Source: Tubiluchus corallicola (lineage: Eukaryota; Animalia; Priapulida). Taken from it: a stretch of DNA of 64,000 nucleotides. Every line of letters begins with the position of its first letter. Position 1 is the first letter of the stretch. Under the pieces are notes generated by a model, which did not search any database, was not told the origin of the DNA, and saw only the letters and a program-made list of their open reading frames with translations. The stretch covers positions 278,758-342,757 of the forward strand of contig JAQGDQ010000239.1 in NCBI GenBank assembly GCA_030141605.1, given 5' to 3'. The position numbers and the translations under genes were made by a program. Below, one piece after another: positions 38,521-51,300 of the stretch.

Positions 38521-40674
38521 CCAAGCACAGTGGTAATGTACTGTATAAAAACGACTGATAATGCGGCATTATATCCTAGGTTATTTTTTTCATCACCGCT
38601 TCAAGCCTTTTGTCTGTGACTGCTTTCGTAATTTGCTAGAGTTTTACCAAAATTTCAAAGGATAATTCTTATGATTTTAGCAGAAGACAGTAGACAATCT
38701 CCAACTCCAAACCAACTACACCCCAGACTAGTGGTCAAAACTAGTGGTAAAGCGAAATGTTACGTTGAGAAGCAAAGTAAAAATATCTGCAAAAGCCTTT
38801 TGGGACATCTTGAAAAGAGCAGAACAATGAAAAGTAAGTACCTTTACTCAGATAAGTTTGTGGAGTTATAGTTCTAGATAATAAAACTAAATAAACCTGA
38901 AATGCGATATTTAACTTATAGATAAGAAAGGCATATGTAACCCTATCCCTATGTAGGAGTGAGAAGAGCGTGATGCTCAAGTATTTAGGGCCATCTTTGT
39001 GAAAATCTTCGGAACGACACCTTAAGTCAGGCTTAGGTCAACCCTGCAACGTGGCGTAACTGATGACATGGGAAACGTGCTACGTTGCCAATTCTGGGTG
39101 TCCATTCGTATTTAAATGAAAATCTATTTCAGTTAAAGAAGTGATAGGTTCTTTTTTTCACCACAAAAGTTTTAAAGGCTACAAACACATAACAAAGTTC
39201 TCTGTACAAATTTTCCCACCCTAGCAGTTAAATATATTGATTTTTTTGTTTCACATATAAAATCATTCAGGTGTTGTTGGTACGTGATTATGACTCTGTA
39301 CTGGCAAAACAAAATGTCTGTATTTGCATAGCCATGCATGTATTAATGTAACTCACTAATGCCAAACTTTTTACCCTAGCTTTTTTAGAATCACAAAGTG
39401 GGCATATAAAGCGATTTGACTACAGATGATCTTAATAAATTTTTGCACATGCATCAGCATTATTTTTGTGTGCTAATTTTTCTTGCTGTACTGAAGTTTG
39501 CAGGCTTCACTAGAACATGAAATTGGGGACCTTATTATCAGTATGAATTAGCAATATAAAACCAATAATAAAAAAATCTGGTACCAGGAACACTTTTGGT
39601 GATTTTTATCCTTGCCCATTTTGCCCACAGCTCCCAAATTGGGAACTCCACTTTTAATTACAATAATAATTATTATTATTTTATAAGTGAGCATTGATTG
39701 TTATAATTTGACTGCTGATGCTTAACATCCTTATATTGAAACTGCTGATTTATATCTCTGATTTTTTGACAAACAACCAAAATTAATAAGAAAAAACAGT
39801 GAGGTCTTTGCGTGCCTTAGCACACTAAGTTGAAACATTGAAGTCTGAGTGCTCATTGTCTATATCAGTGGTTCCCATTTAGTGGCCATGAACCAAATCC
39901 TGAAGAACTTCAGGTTGCCTGTGTGAATATTTCACTCACTTTGCTTATTTTGAATCGTAGATGAACTTCCTACAACTTACCGTTGCTATTACATTTTAAA
40001 ATTTATGTTTAAATAATCCATTTCTTCTATCTGTACCAATAGTTTGCTGGTCACTCTGCTGCAGATGAAATAATAAATACATGGTTTTCTATTCTAACTC
40101 ACTGCAATGAGCACTCAGCAACAGCTTCTGCAATTGTAAAACAATAGTACAAGCAGGATCATCACTATCATCATCATTTCCACTGCAGCCATTGCCAACA
40201 TTAACTCACTGTCATCACACTGTAGCCACCTTTGTCATCAAGCCGACAATGTCGTAATAGTGCATGGGTAATGACGATCATAACAGCAGCAGAAAATTTT
40301 GCCTAAGAACACCCATTGTTAGCATTCATAAAATGTAAGTCATCAGACTCAGGGGGGCCTGAATTAACGATGGGATGATTAATAATTAATGATCCCATAT
40401 TAATGATGGGATGAACACACATTTACTGGATTTTGAAAGAAAGGTCCAAAAGAATAGACTCGGCCAAAAAGTCTAGCATATTCTGACTTTTTCACTTTTC
40501 CTTTCTTTCAGACAATGTTGGTTTCAAAATTCAACAATTGTGGTTTCATTTCACAGGTGATTAGCTGATTAACTGTCTAAAAACTAAAGGCATATACCAG
40601 TGAACTAGTATATGAAATTAGTTTGGATGCCTGGCTGTAACAGCATGTGTTAATGTATTTCACGTTTTTTATAG

Positions 40675-41906
40675 GCATTGCTGCAATTGAGAGGGAACAG
40701 ATAATAAAATGCCGGCCAATGGACATTGAAGGTGCTCGCCTGCATCAGCCATCGTCAAGCAAAAGTACACAGTCTCCAGGTTTGCTTCCTCCCGAGTGCA
40801 CTGCCATTGATCCTCTTGTAGAGCATACTATCAAACTAATCAAGTATAATAACCAAATGAGAAGTCTGATCACAAATATGGAATCACAACTGGCTGGTAT
40901 TAAGAAGGAAGATGAAGAGACTTTGAAAGAACCTTTCTATTCTACCAATATTCCACAGTACGAGGGTAAAATACCGGGCAGGTCGACAGAATTGTTTTGT
41001 CACGTTAAAACAAACATAGATAGTGCATTTTGCCAAGGGAAAGGTGTTGCTTTTCCTGAATTAAATTACGAAATTGTCAAAAAGATATTGACACGATCAG
41101 TTGCTGCTATAACGGCACATATTGGTTTTGATGATACATCTGATGTCATAGTGAGAATATTGACAGATATTTGCCATCAGTATCTTTCAAATATGTGTAA
41201 TTTGTTGAGGGCAGCTGTCGACAGAGAAAAACAGACAGGTATAACTAGTTTTGATGATGTGCTTGAACAGGTTTTTCATGAAATTGGTATTGGAAGCATA
41301 GTTTACATGCATGATTTTTACATAGAAAGAATTATTGGACATTATGAAAATGTGCTGTGCACTTCTCAGCAATTGCTAGCAGAGTATGAACATCTGAAAA
41401 ACTCACCACTAGATTCGCATCAATCTGATTCGTTATCTTTGGTAAAGGTGAAAGATGAGCCATTGTCTGACATTCACTTTCCTTTTAATGAGGACAGTGA
41501 GGAGAATGTGGATGGCAGCACAGATCATATACAACTTCCTCTAGATGGACTTGCTAACATTGAAACAAGTATAGAACATGAGGAACCATCTGCTATTCGT
41601 CAAGAATCTGTGACAACCATTAACGCTATAGATGATGACAGCATGGGTAAAATTAATAATATCATCAGCATAAAACAAGAACTATCTGACTGTAAACCGC
41701 TAGATGTTGATGAGGATTTATTGAGTATTGCTGATTCTGTTGGTGTACATTTGGCCGATTCTGATAACTATTCTGTCCCATCAGTTAGTGGACATTTAAA
41801 GGAAGACAGTTGTGTAACTAATCAGGTTCAACTGTTAGTGTCTCCTCAATCCAATTTAAATGTGCGACTGGCACCACCAATGCCTAAAAAACGAAGAAAA
41901 ACTTAA
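40675..41906 (+). CDS. SUPT7L: STAGA/SAGA complex subunit SPT7-like (STAF65-gamma), main coding exon; first exon not located
   Basis: Acceptor TTTTTATAG at 40666-40674. Motifs RLHQPSS, HTIKLIKYN, GKGVAFPEL, SVAAITAHIGFD, LLRAAVDREKQTG..FDDVLEQVFHEIGIGS (histone-fold/bromodomain-associated region), VKVKDEPLSDIHFP, and C-terminal NLS PKKRRKT. AATAAA at 42023-42028. Confidence 0.9.
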
Positions 41907-42394
41907 ATTTATTGATTTGCTGGTTCAGTTTGTTTGTACTTTACTCATCGCTTGTACGTTATTAAAATAGTAAAGTTGTACTACAGTATAATGAACTGCC
42001 ATATCTTGTGTGTCAGGATTTCAATAAATTTATAAATATATTTGCAAAATTATTTTGAAGAAATATTCTGTGTTTTAGATTTTTGCTTATATAATTCTAT
42101 ATTTGCTCAACGATAACATGATAGCTCGTACTGCAAGTAGCACTATTTAAATACTGCATTTTGCCCTTGTCATTTGTAGAATGTGCGATTTATTAGGCTT
42201 GTATCAAAGTCTATAAAATGCAATATCAGTGAGTTAGTATAATTGTGTTAAAGTTATGGCCAGTCCAAGCTGCAGTGTTTAGAATATATTTTATGATACG
42301 TGTAGCATGTGAATGCCACTGCTAACAAGAATAATTTATATTTTATATTTGCTGTTTTTGCTGTTAAACTTGTGCAAGAATACATAGCATAATA

Positions 42395-45300
42395 ATGGAA
42401 AATATTTTGTTAGAGCCATGGGATTTTGTAACATTAGTAATATATTTCATAGCTGTTATTCTGGTGGGACTTTACGTAAGTACTCTTTTACTTGTTTTTT
42501 GCTTTAGTATAATAACAAATTGGTGTTTTTCATTTTCAATGGATGTTGCTGTGCATGTATTTCGATTTTCACTGCATACAGGTATCATAATTTTGTAATA
42601 TTAATAAGTCCTGGTTTCCAGGTATAGTTACTACAGGTACACTAATATGAGGTGTACAATTGAAGAGTACTGACTTGTGTAATATTCACCAAAGATGTTA
42701 GTATTTTCTTGTACACCTTATGCTAGTATACGTGCAATGGAATGCCTGCAACCTAGAAACAAAATTCTGCTCACTCTCATATTATAGGCTATGTAAATTT
42801 GGTTACTCATTTCTTTATAAGTTTTGCCTTTTGTCACAATTGTTTTTTGTCGTAATTCCCAAGTAGACTTTGCTGAAGGCAAAGATATTGAAAGCTGAGC
42901 TAGAATATTTCAAAAGTACCCTTTCAATTCAATTTCAGGCTATGTGGAAGGCAAACCGCACAAGTGTTGCTGGCTATTTTCTAGCAGATAATTCAATTAG
43001 GTGGTGGCCTGTAAGTAGCATTTCAAATTTTTCTGCATCAACAAATAAAACCGTGAATATTTTGCAGATTGATATTGGTAGGAAGCATGCATGACAGAAA
43101 ATATCTCTGTTTAATGTACAGTGTTGTACATACACATATACTGTTAATTGTTAATGCTGTGTCGTGACATCATAATGGGCACATTTATGCTTTTTTGTAG
43201 GCAGGTTTGTCAATGTTTGCCAGTAACATTGGCAGCGAACACTTCATTGGTCTAGCAGGAAAAGGAGCTGCGGCAGGTATTGCTGCTTATCTGTATGAAA
43301 TCAATGTGAGTATAAATTAACTAGTTTGGTATTTCCAGCACTGAGTTACTCGTTTACTGCATGCCGATTGCCAGCGTACTTGCGTTTTGTTTCCACATAT
43401 TTGTAAACTGGTTATTGTGCAATCCTTAATCACGTGCTATGTTTTGGATGATGCCTTCCCATTTGTTCTTGAAGTCATCCAACAATTTCTCTGTGATAGT
43501 GCTTTATTGTGATGTCACAATATTAAAAAAACACACATGATCCACACATTCCACAAAACAACCACAATGATATTTTGCACAATGCTGAAACTACACGCTG
43601 CTAATGAAAAATGCTAATAAATCCATCCACTAATAATCATTAATGTACCAACTTTCTACGTAGCCTTTACTTTGTGCTCCCGAAATGATGATAATAGGCT
43701 AACTGTTTACAGATGGCACGCTTACGTTTCATTTGTCATTGTGTCCAAATTTTGTGAAAATTTAGAATACGTTTTGTTTGCCTTTTACAATGAGCAAATA
43801 GCTGAGTTTTGTATTACACGTACAACGAGAACGAGACTGACTTCACAGTGGAAAAGATTTGTTTACAGATTTGTTTGCAAGTGAGTAAGCCAAAAATGCA
43901 GTTTAAATAATTATTGTATATTAGCCAGCTGGACAGATATGTACAGATTTTAAATCATTTAGATTTATGTGTAATTGTTTATAATAAAACTACGTCTGTA
44001 ATTATATTACTAAATTTATTATTTAAACGTTATAGCTTTGCGAAATTGCTTTTCCAGGCCATTTTTTGTCTGTTGGCATTAGGGTGGATTTTTCTTCCTA
44101 CGTATTTGTCGGCACAAGTGAGTGATGTTTTTAATGTATTATTCATTAATTATTAATTTCTTCATTTGAGACAACTTGGAAGATCCATTAACTGGAATGC
44201 ATAGTCAAAGCCTGTACTGTAACCTACAACCCATGGCCCCTACTGTGCACTTGCAATAGAGGTGTGCTTATTGCAGTTTTTGTGAATTTTGCAAAAAAAT
44301 GTGCAGATTTTGCAGATCGTAGGTCGGTAATTCCCACAAATTTGATCGTTTTGCACATTTAAACAGTTAAAATTGCAGAATTTTTTCTCAGTTTGAAGTT
44401 TCCTGTAGTATAGTATAAGTCATTACTTGTAGGTCAAATTTCATATTCTTCTTTTATTGTTTTAATTTTTTTGACCTTTAGGTATTATAATAATAATAAT
44501 GTTGCAGATCAGCAGTAAGTCTGTTTGTAACTAATTTGTCTTGTTTTGTGCTGCAACCTGTTTTTTCTGCCATTGAAATTATAAAGCACCAGCCTGCGTT
44601 TAACCTATACACAGTGGCCTTTTGTTTAGTTAACAAAACCATTTTTTCTGTTTCAGTAGATTTAGATTTGAAAAAGCTAGTAATTAATTATTTAGCTTCA
44701 CCTAATATTTTAGCCAAAACCATGAGTTAATTTACTTTTTGTCCAATTTACCATAACACTTTCTTGATTCAAGAAGTTTAGTGTGGTTGTTATTATTTGT
44801 TTAGCAATTAGAACAATACTTTGCTCATTTATTTTTAGGTTTGAGTGATTGTAATATTAACTGATTGTAGTTTTACATTTTTGTATTTCAGATTAGCACG
44901 ATACCTGAATATCTGAACAAAAGGTTTGGAAGAGAGAGACTGAGACTGTGCATGTCCTTCATTGCTTTGTTACTTTATATTTTTGTGAAAGTATCGGTAA
45001 GAATAAATTTTCATCTTACACGGTTATTGTTAGTGCCTACCCTTTTTTACTTACTACTTATTTACAAAACCTGCTATGTAGAGCAATAAAACTTTATTTT
45101 AAACACTAGTTCTATGCAGGAATTTTGTAATTCAGTGATTTATTATTATCAAAGCTCACAGTGTTACAGACTAAACAGCTCTTGTAGTATAGCAAACAGC
45201 TTTTATCTTAAAACTCTGATCTTGTTCTAGAAAGTTTGGTTTTATTGTACTAATGTTACGTTAAGATTCTTAAAGTATATAACTCATCTCAAGTGTTGTG

Positions 45301-48300
45301 TGTCAGATTTGGTAACATAATCCTTTCTAAGTTACGTAAAACAAACTGCAATTTGTAATATGGTGTCTTGCATTGTAGATTTCCATTTTTATTAAAAGCT
45401 GAACTTTTTGTAATATATTTGTAGTTTTTAATGCTTTGGTCTACTATATTTTAGGTCGATTTATATGCTGGCGCATTGTTTATCCAGCAAGCTTTAGCCT
45501 GGAATATCTATTGGTCTATAGCTGGTATATTAGCAATAACAGCTTTATATACCGTTGCAGGTACTATTTAGCAAAATTAAGTTTTTCTGTTAAGTAAGTT
45601 TTTAAATACAATTAAAAATGTGCACATGATGTTTCTCTGAATAATGTGTCTGTTATAGGTGATACTACTATCTCTCCAGTCAATCATATTTTATGTATTT
45701 CTGATGTATATTTCATTTTTATTTAGTTTTTGTAGCTACTAAAGTTGCTTTGTTTTTTTTTGTAGCTAATTAAAGTGTTTTCTATTATTAGATGCAAATA
45801 TATCTATTGTAATCCACTGATGTAGTACAAGTTTTGTTTGACACAAAACTGTTGTTATATTACTGATATGAGATTCTAATTTTTTGTTTCAATGCAGAGA
45901 ACCTAGAATATCTGTCAATATTTGCAGGTGGTTTGAAAGCAGTGATCTACACAGATAGTTTGCAAACACTGATAATGATTGTGGGAGCTACAATTCTTAC
46001 AACACTTAGTATGTTTCTTTATTGTATGCTTTAGATCGAACAATTACAGTATAATTGCATATATTAGTTAAGTGTCAAGTCAATATAATAAAACATAGTA
46101 GTTTATTTTTAGTCTAAGAACCAATAAGCCCTAAACTTGTATATATGTGTATATACACAGTATATACACATATATGCAAGTTTAGGACTCATTGGTTCTC
46201 AGACTCAAAAATCAACTATAAATATAATATGTAAGGTAAAGTAAATAGTATGGCATTGGCATTAATTGGCCACTAGAAAATGTCTAGATATATTTGCATT
46301 TTCTTCAAAAATTGCGTTTTTGTACCGGTATAAGGTGGGCTTTCTGCTCAGGTATGACAACTGCAAATGCTTAAAAAAGTATTCTTATGTTTAGGTTTTA
46401 TTGAAGTGGGTGGTTATGCAGAACTATATCGGAAGTATATGGTGGTAATCTAGCAGCTGCTAACTTTCTAATTTTAATGTTGTAGTAGAAATGTAAAATA
46501 TTTTTGTCTTGATTTACTTGTTAGTAATAGCACTAGTTAGTTACATGCACTATGACTGAGTACTCATTTTTAATTTTGATAGCTTGTTTTGGTTGTTTTT
46601 GTTTTCCTTTTTTTTGTAAACTGATAGCTGAAGATTATTTGTGAAAGCTAGTATTCTTTTCGCCCTCCAGTTATTTATAGGTAGAAGCATTATTTTCTTA
46701 AATGAACTGTATTAATTCCTTTCTCAATTACAGCTACAAAATTTTAGACATCTTCTTTTATTCTGGCTGTTTGTTTGTCAAGAACTTTCAGTGCTTCAAC
46801 TCCTACTGTTTGTTCCAACATCTGGGCAGTTTCAGAAATTCAGTTAACTTTTTTACTTTTTAAGTTTTTATCAATCTTCAAACAAGCTTTAAGTGATTTA
46901 TGTACAGACCTCATGTCTATATTGTATTTTTTGAGGCTCTGAGACTTTTTGTATAGTTTTTTTTATCCTGAATTGATTATTATTTTTATTATTTATTATC
47001 AAAAAGTTTTTCATTTTGATAGCGCTTTGTATAATTCTCTGTTTGATGGCAAGCCTATGGATAATTTTTTGCTGTTTTTTTTTCTTTACTATGTCAATTG
47101 CTTGTGAATTTATATGTACTTAGTTGGCAATAGTCGCATCCTTCTTGATCTCGCAATATTTTTCTCATGTGGATCAGTTATAAAATTTCTCCAGCACTAA
47201 CTGTATCAATTTTCCTCCAGTCTTCTTCGGAACTGCTTGTTTAACTATTGGCATTTATTAAACTACGTTTAATGACGCTGAATCTGTTCTGCATGGCTTT
47301 ACTTATCATTTTTTTCTGTAGTTTCTTATTTTACGTGACATACTGCTTTAAAAAATAGCTTTTTAACATATCTCTGTATTTTCTCACATCTGTTAAACTC
47401 GTAAAATTGCTTATTACTCATAATATTTGTTTATATTCACCTAAAACTTAAAGATTTACATTTGAACTCCTGACAAAGTTCAAAAGCAAGATAATTGTAC
47501 CAAATTTTCTTAACTGTGTTGTAAATGTATTTGCTTATAATTTTCTTATAGTGAGGCATAACAGAGAAGTTCTATTAGCTGAATTGTCTATAATGATTAA
47601 GTGAAAGTAGATTATGAAAGCATAATAATGGGATCTTTTAGATTTTGCAATATACTTGTATATGCTTTGTATTTTACAGGCTATACCTAACAGCACTTTG
47701 GAGAATCCAAACTCTTCTTGTGGATATCCAAGAGACGATGCATTTCATTTGGTTAGGGATTCACGTACTGCAGACTATCCTTTTGTTGGAACCATGTTTA
47801 GGTCAACTATTGGTGCTATTTGGTACTGGTGTTGTGATCAGGTGTGTTTCAATTTGTTGTTTAGCGTCAACCAGTCGAAAAGTAGTTTGATTTCTTCCTG
47901 TTTATTTCCAGTGTTGCGAAAAACGTTCAGTAACATTGTGAAGTGAGGTTTCCTTAGCATGATACTGTTTTCTGCAATTTAAGCTATATCAGTATACTGC
48001 AGTTACATAATCATCATTTTGGTTGCTCAGTAATTATGCACTAGGAGATTGTTGGACAATGGTCGGCAGACTTGGTAATTGAGGTCAATATTATCAGCTT
48101 TGAACTTTCAATAATAAGGGAGTCTCTTGGCTTTGTAGAAAGATTGCTTTTACGATTTCAAAGTAAAGGACACAAGTTTCTGTTGTGTCTTACTCGGTTC
48201 TGTGAATGAGACTAGTGATTTATACATCTGTGTTTTTCCTTTGTGCTTTTTATTTGCTGTACTTTTTGTTTTTCTATGTGATTGTAAGCGTTTTTAAGTG

Positions 48301-51300
48301 GGATATTTTTGTGTCAGTAATATGAAAAGGTTGTGCTACTGCCCAAAAATTGTATTAGTAATTTTATGTCGTCCCTTTTCCATCTTTCTTTCTTATTCTA
48401 TCACCTGAAGGTAAACTACAGCAGTAGTTTGAAACATTGTGTTTTTTCCTCTTTTTAATTGTGGGATGTTTTCATTAATTGTCACAACTATTCTTGTCAT
48501 CATGAATTTATTTGTTTTACAATATAATTTAGTTGAAAGATTTTTGCATACTTCTGGGTAGTGTTTACTCTTTTGCTGTTTGTATCCAGATTCTTGTACA
48601 AAGAGGATTGGCAACAAAAACTCTGCACCATGCTCAAGGTGGGTCAATACTTGCTTGCTATTTAAAAGTCCTTCCACTTTTTCTTCTCATTTTTCCCGGA
48701 ATGATTAGTCGAGCCCTTTATCCAGGTAAGAAACGAAATTACTGCTTCTTTGAACTGGAGCTGAGACTGTAAACAGTCATTTTTAATTTTATGATTAAAT
48801 GAGATTCAATAGTATGTTATCATTTCATATATAATTAAAAAATAATTAACCAATTTTGTCAGAAATAATCTTAAGTGTCTGTACTGCGAGTGCGTGTTTC
48901 CCTAAATGATCCTGTTTAGTCCACAGTTACTCAGTGCTTCCTTCAATTAATTAGACCATAAGTCTAATTGTTCTAAGCTTGATGTCGTTCTTAATGTGTG
49001 GTAATTAAACCAGCTATATTACTGTAGTGAAATTATTCGAAATTCTGCTCTGCAAAGTGCTTCTGAGATTATACATTTTTGAAAATTCTGCCAACTCTTA
49101 TCTTCAATAGTCTTTATTAATTTTAATATGCTTTTAATGCAGCTTGCATTTTTTCAATCCATAATTTTATTTTATGGTTTGAGTGAATTTAATTGTTCAG
49201 TGGACATAATAGAGTGTTATTTTGTAAGTATTAAATAATAAATACTATTCTGAATCGCATTTTTGCAGATGACATAGGTTGTGCTGATCCTGATTTGTGT
49301 ACAGCAATCTGTGACAATAAATACGGTTGTTCAGATATCGCATATCCACTATTAGTTCTTAGAATCATGCCTGCTGGTACGTTGCAGCTTTTGATATTCA
49401 AAATGCAATTTGCCTTGATAATTGTGCAGCAACTTTCTAATGCATGATGGAGTAATTTATTTTTCTCATCTAAGAATCTACAGACTGGATGCAAGCTATT
49501 GAGTTTGCAATATCTAAGTTAAAATGCTTGATTTTCTTGCTGATTGTTTTGCAGGTCTTCGTGGTGTGATGATGGCTGTAATGCTTTCAGCTTTGATGAG
49601 TTCTCTCACAAGCATATTCAATAGTGCAGGCACTATATTTACATTAGACCTTTGGACAAAGCTTCGACCTCAAGCAAGTCAAAGAGAGGAAATATTTGTT
49701 GGAAGGTATTTTCAAAACACTAATTGCTCTTAATATTTCTGAGTGTTATTGTTCATCTGGTTCCAAGTAGAATCAGATTTTCTTTTGCCAAACTCAGCCA
49801 AATTAATTTATTGAATATTTGACACTCCGTAGCTGACAAGATAGTTTTTTACTTGTATGCGAAAATGAAAGCACGAGCATATGCATGGTGACAAAACTCT
49901 GCATTTGTACTACATTAAATAGAACAAAATAGAATGAACAGCTGTATGAATTGTTTAGTGAGGCGCAGATTCTTCAGCTTCAAGCTATCACTGAGGCTGA
50001 CAATTTTTTTACTTTTGAAAAACCATCAACTACAGTTCTTGATGTGGTCGATTATTAGTGAGTATTACAACTCTCTATGGCACTAATGAGCGATCTTTAA
50101 TACAAACTGAATGCAGAGCAATGGTTCATCAATTTACAGGAATTGAAATACAAATAGCTGTAAAGTCACTAAAAAATAACAATAGTCTGGAGATAGGTGA
50201 ATGTAATGCTGAGGTAATAAAGTGTGGAACAAATTTTCTTTGCGATACTATCGCTGGCATATTATATTGAGTAGCACTATCCAAGTCTGATATCAAGGAA
50301 AGATGAGGAAGCTATTCTGTTCTAATGTTGGTGTTCCTCAAGGTTATTTCTGGAACCCTGTCCTTTTCACTATTTATCTTGCTGTGGCTGTGACAGATGA
50401 TGGCTATATACCTTGTGAAGAAATGAATGACCATACCTGTACAGATCTTAATCCAGAAAACTTTATACCAAATATACTGGTTTAACATAATTATGCAACA
50501 TTTGGCAGACATTCATCTTTAATCTCTGCACAGTATGCAGCTGACATAGCTTACGTTACAACTAACATAGAGTAATTGGAAGAGATAAAACCAAAAATGA
50601 TTAGCCACCATTAATCTTAAGTTCATCAATACGAAGACGGTGCAATATTACATTCAGCGAAGGGGCGACAAGTCATGGAAAAAATGTGAATATCTTGGTA
50701 GCTTATTAGACACAGAAGCTGACACAGGACGAAGAATAATTCTAGCATTCTGCTTATTCAGATCTCACAACGGTTTTTGAAAACAGTAGACTTTCTCTTG
50801 AAACGAAAGTTTAAATCCATTCGGCTTTTAGTTTAACCTGTGTTTTTATGCAATGCTGAGCTATGGACAGTAAAAGTTAAACAACAGAAGGGGGAAGTGA
50901 CATTTTCCAAAGGCATCTGTACAGAAAATTATTAGGAATTAAATGGCTTGACAGAATATCCAGATGATATGTATAATGTGTATAATGTATGATGTGGTGG
51001 AGAAGAACCAATGGAGTAAACAAATCCAAGTAAGAAGATTGTATTGGATTGGATATGTACTGAGACTACCTAAAGACTCTCCTCTTCATATAGCATTTCG
51101 CTAAACTCTTGAAATGACAAAAAAGCCTAGAGGGAGTCAGCTACTGATGTATATAGATATATTGCAAAAATATTTAGGCAAATATCAACTCTAGATTTGA
51201 GGGATGATGCATTGTGGGCATTGTAGGCAGTAGTGGCAAATAGGAGTGCCTGTCATCAATAGGTGGAGTGTACCATATTTTAGAATGTACAAGCACACGA

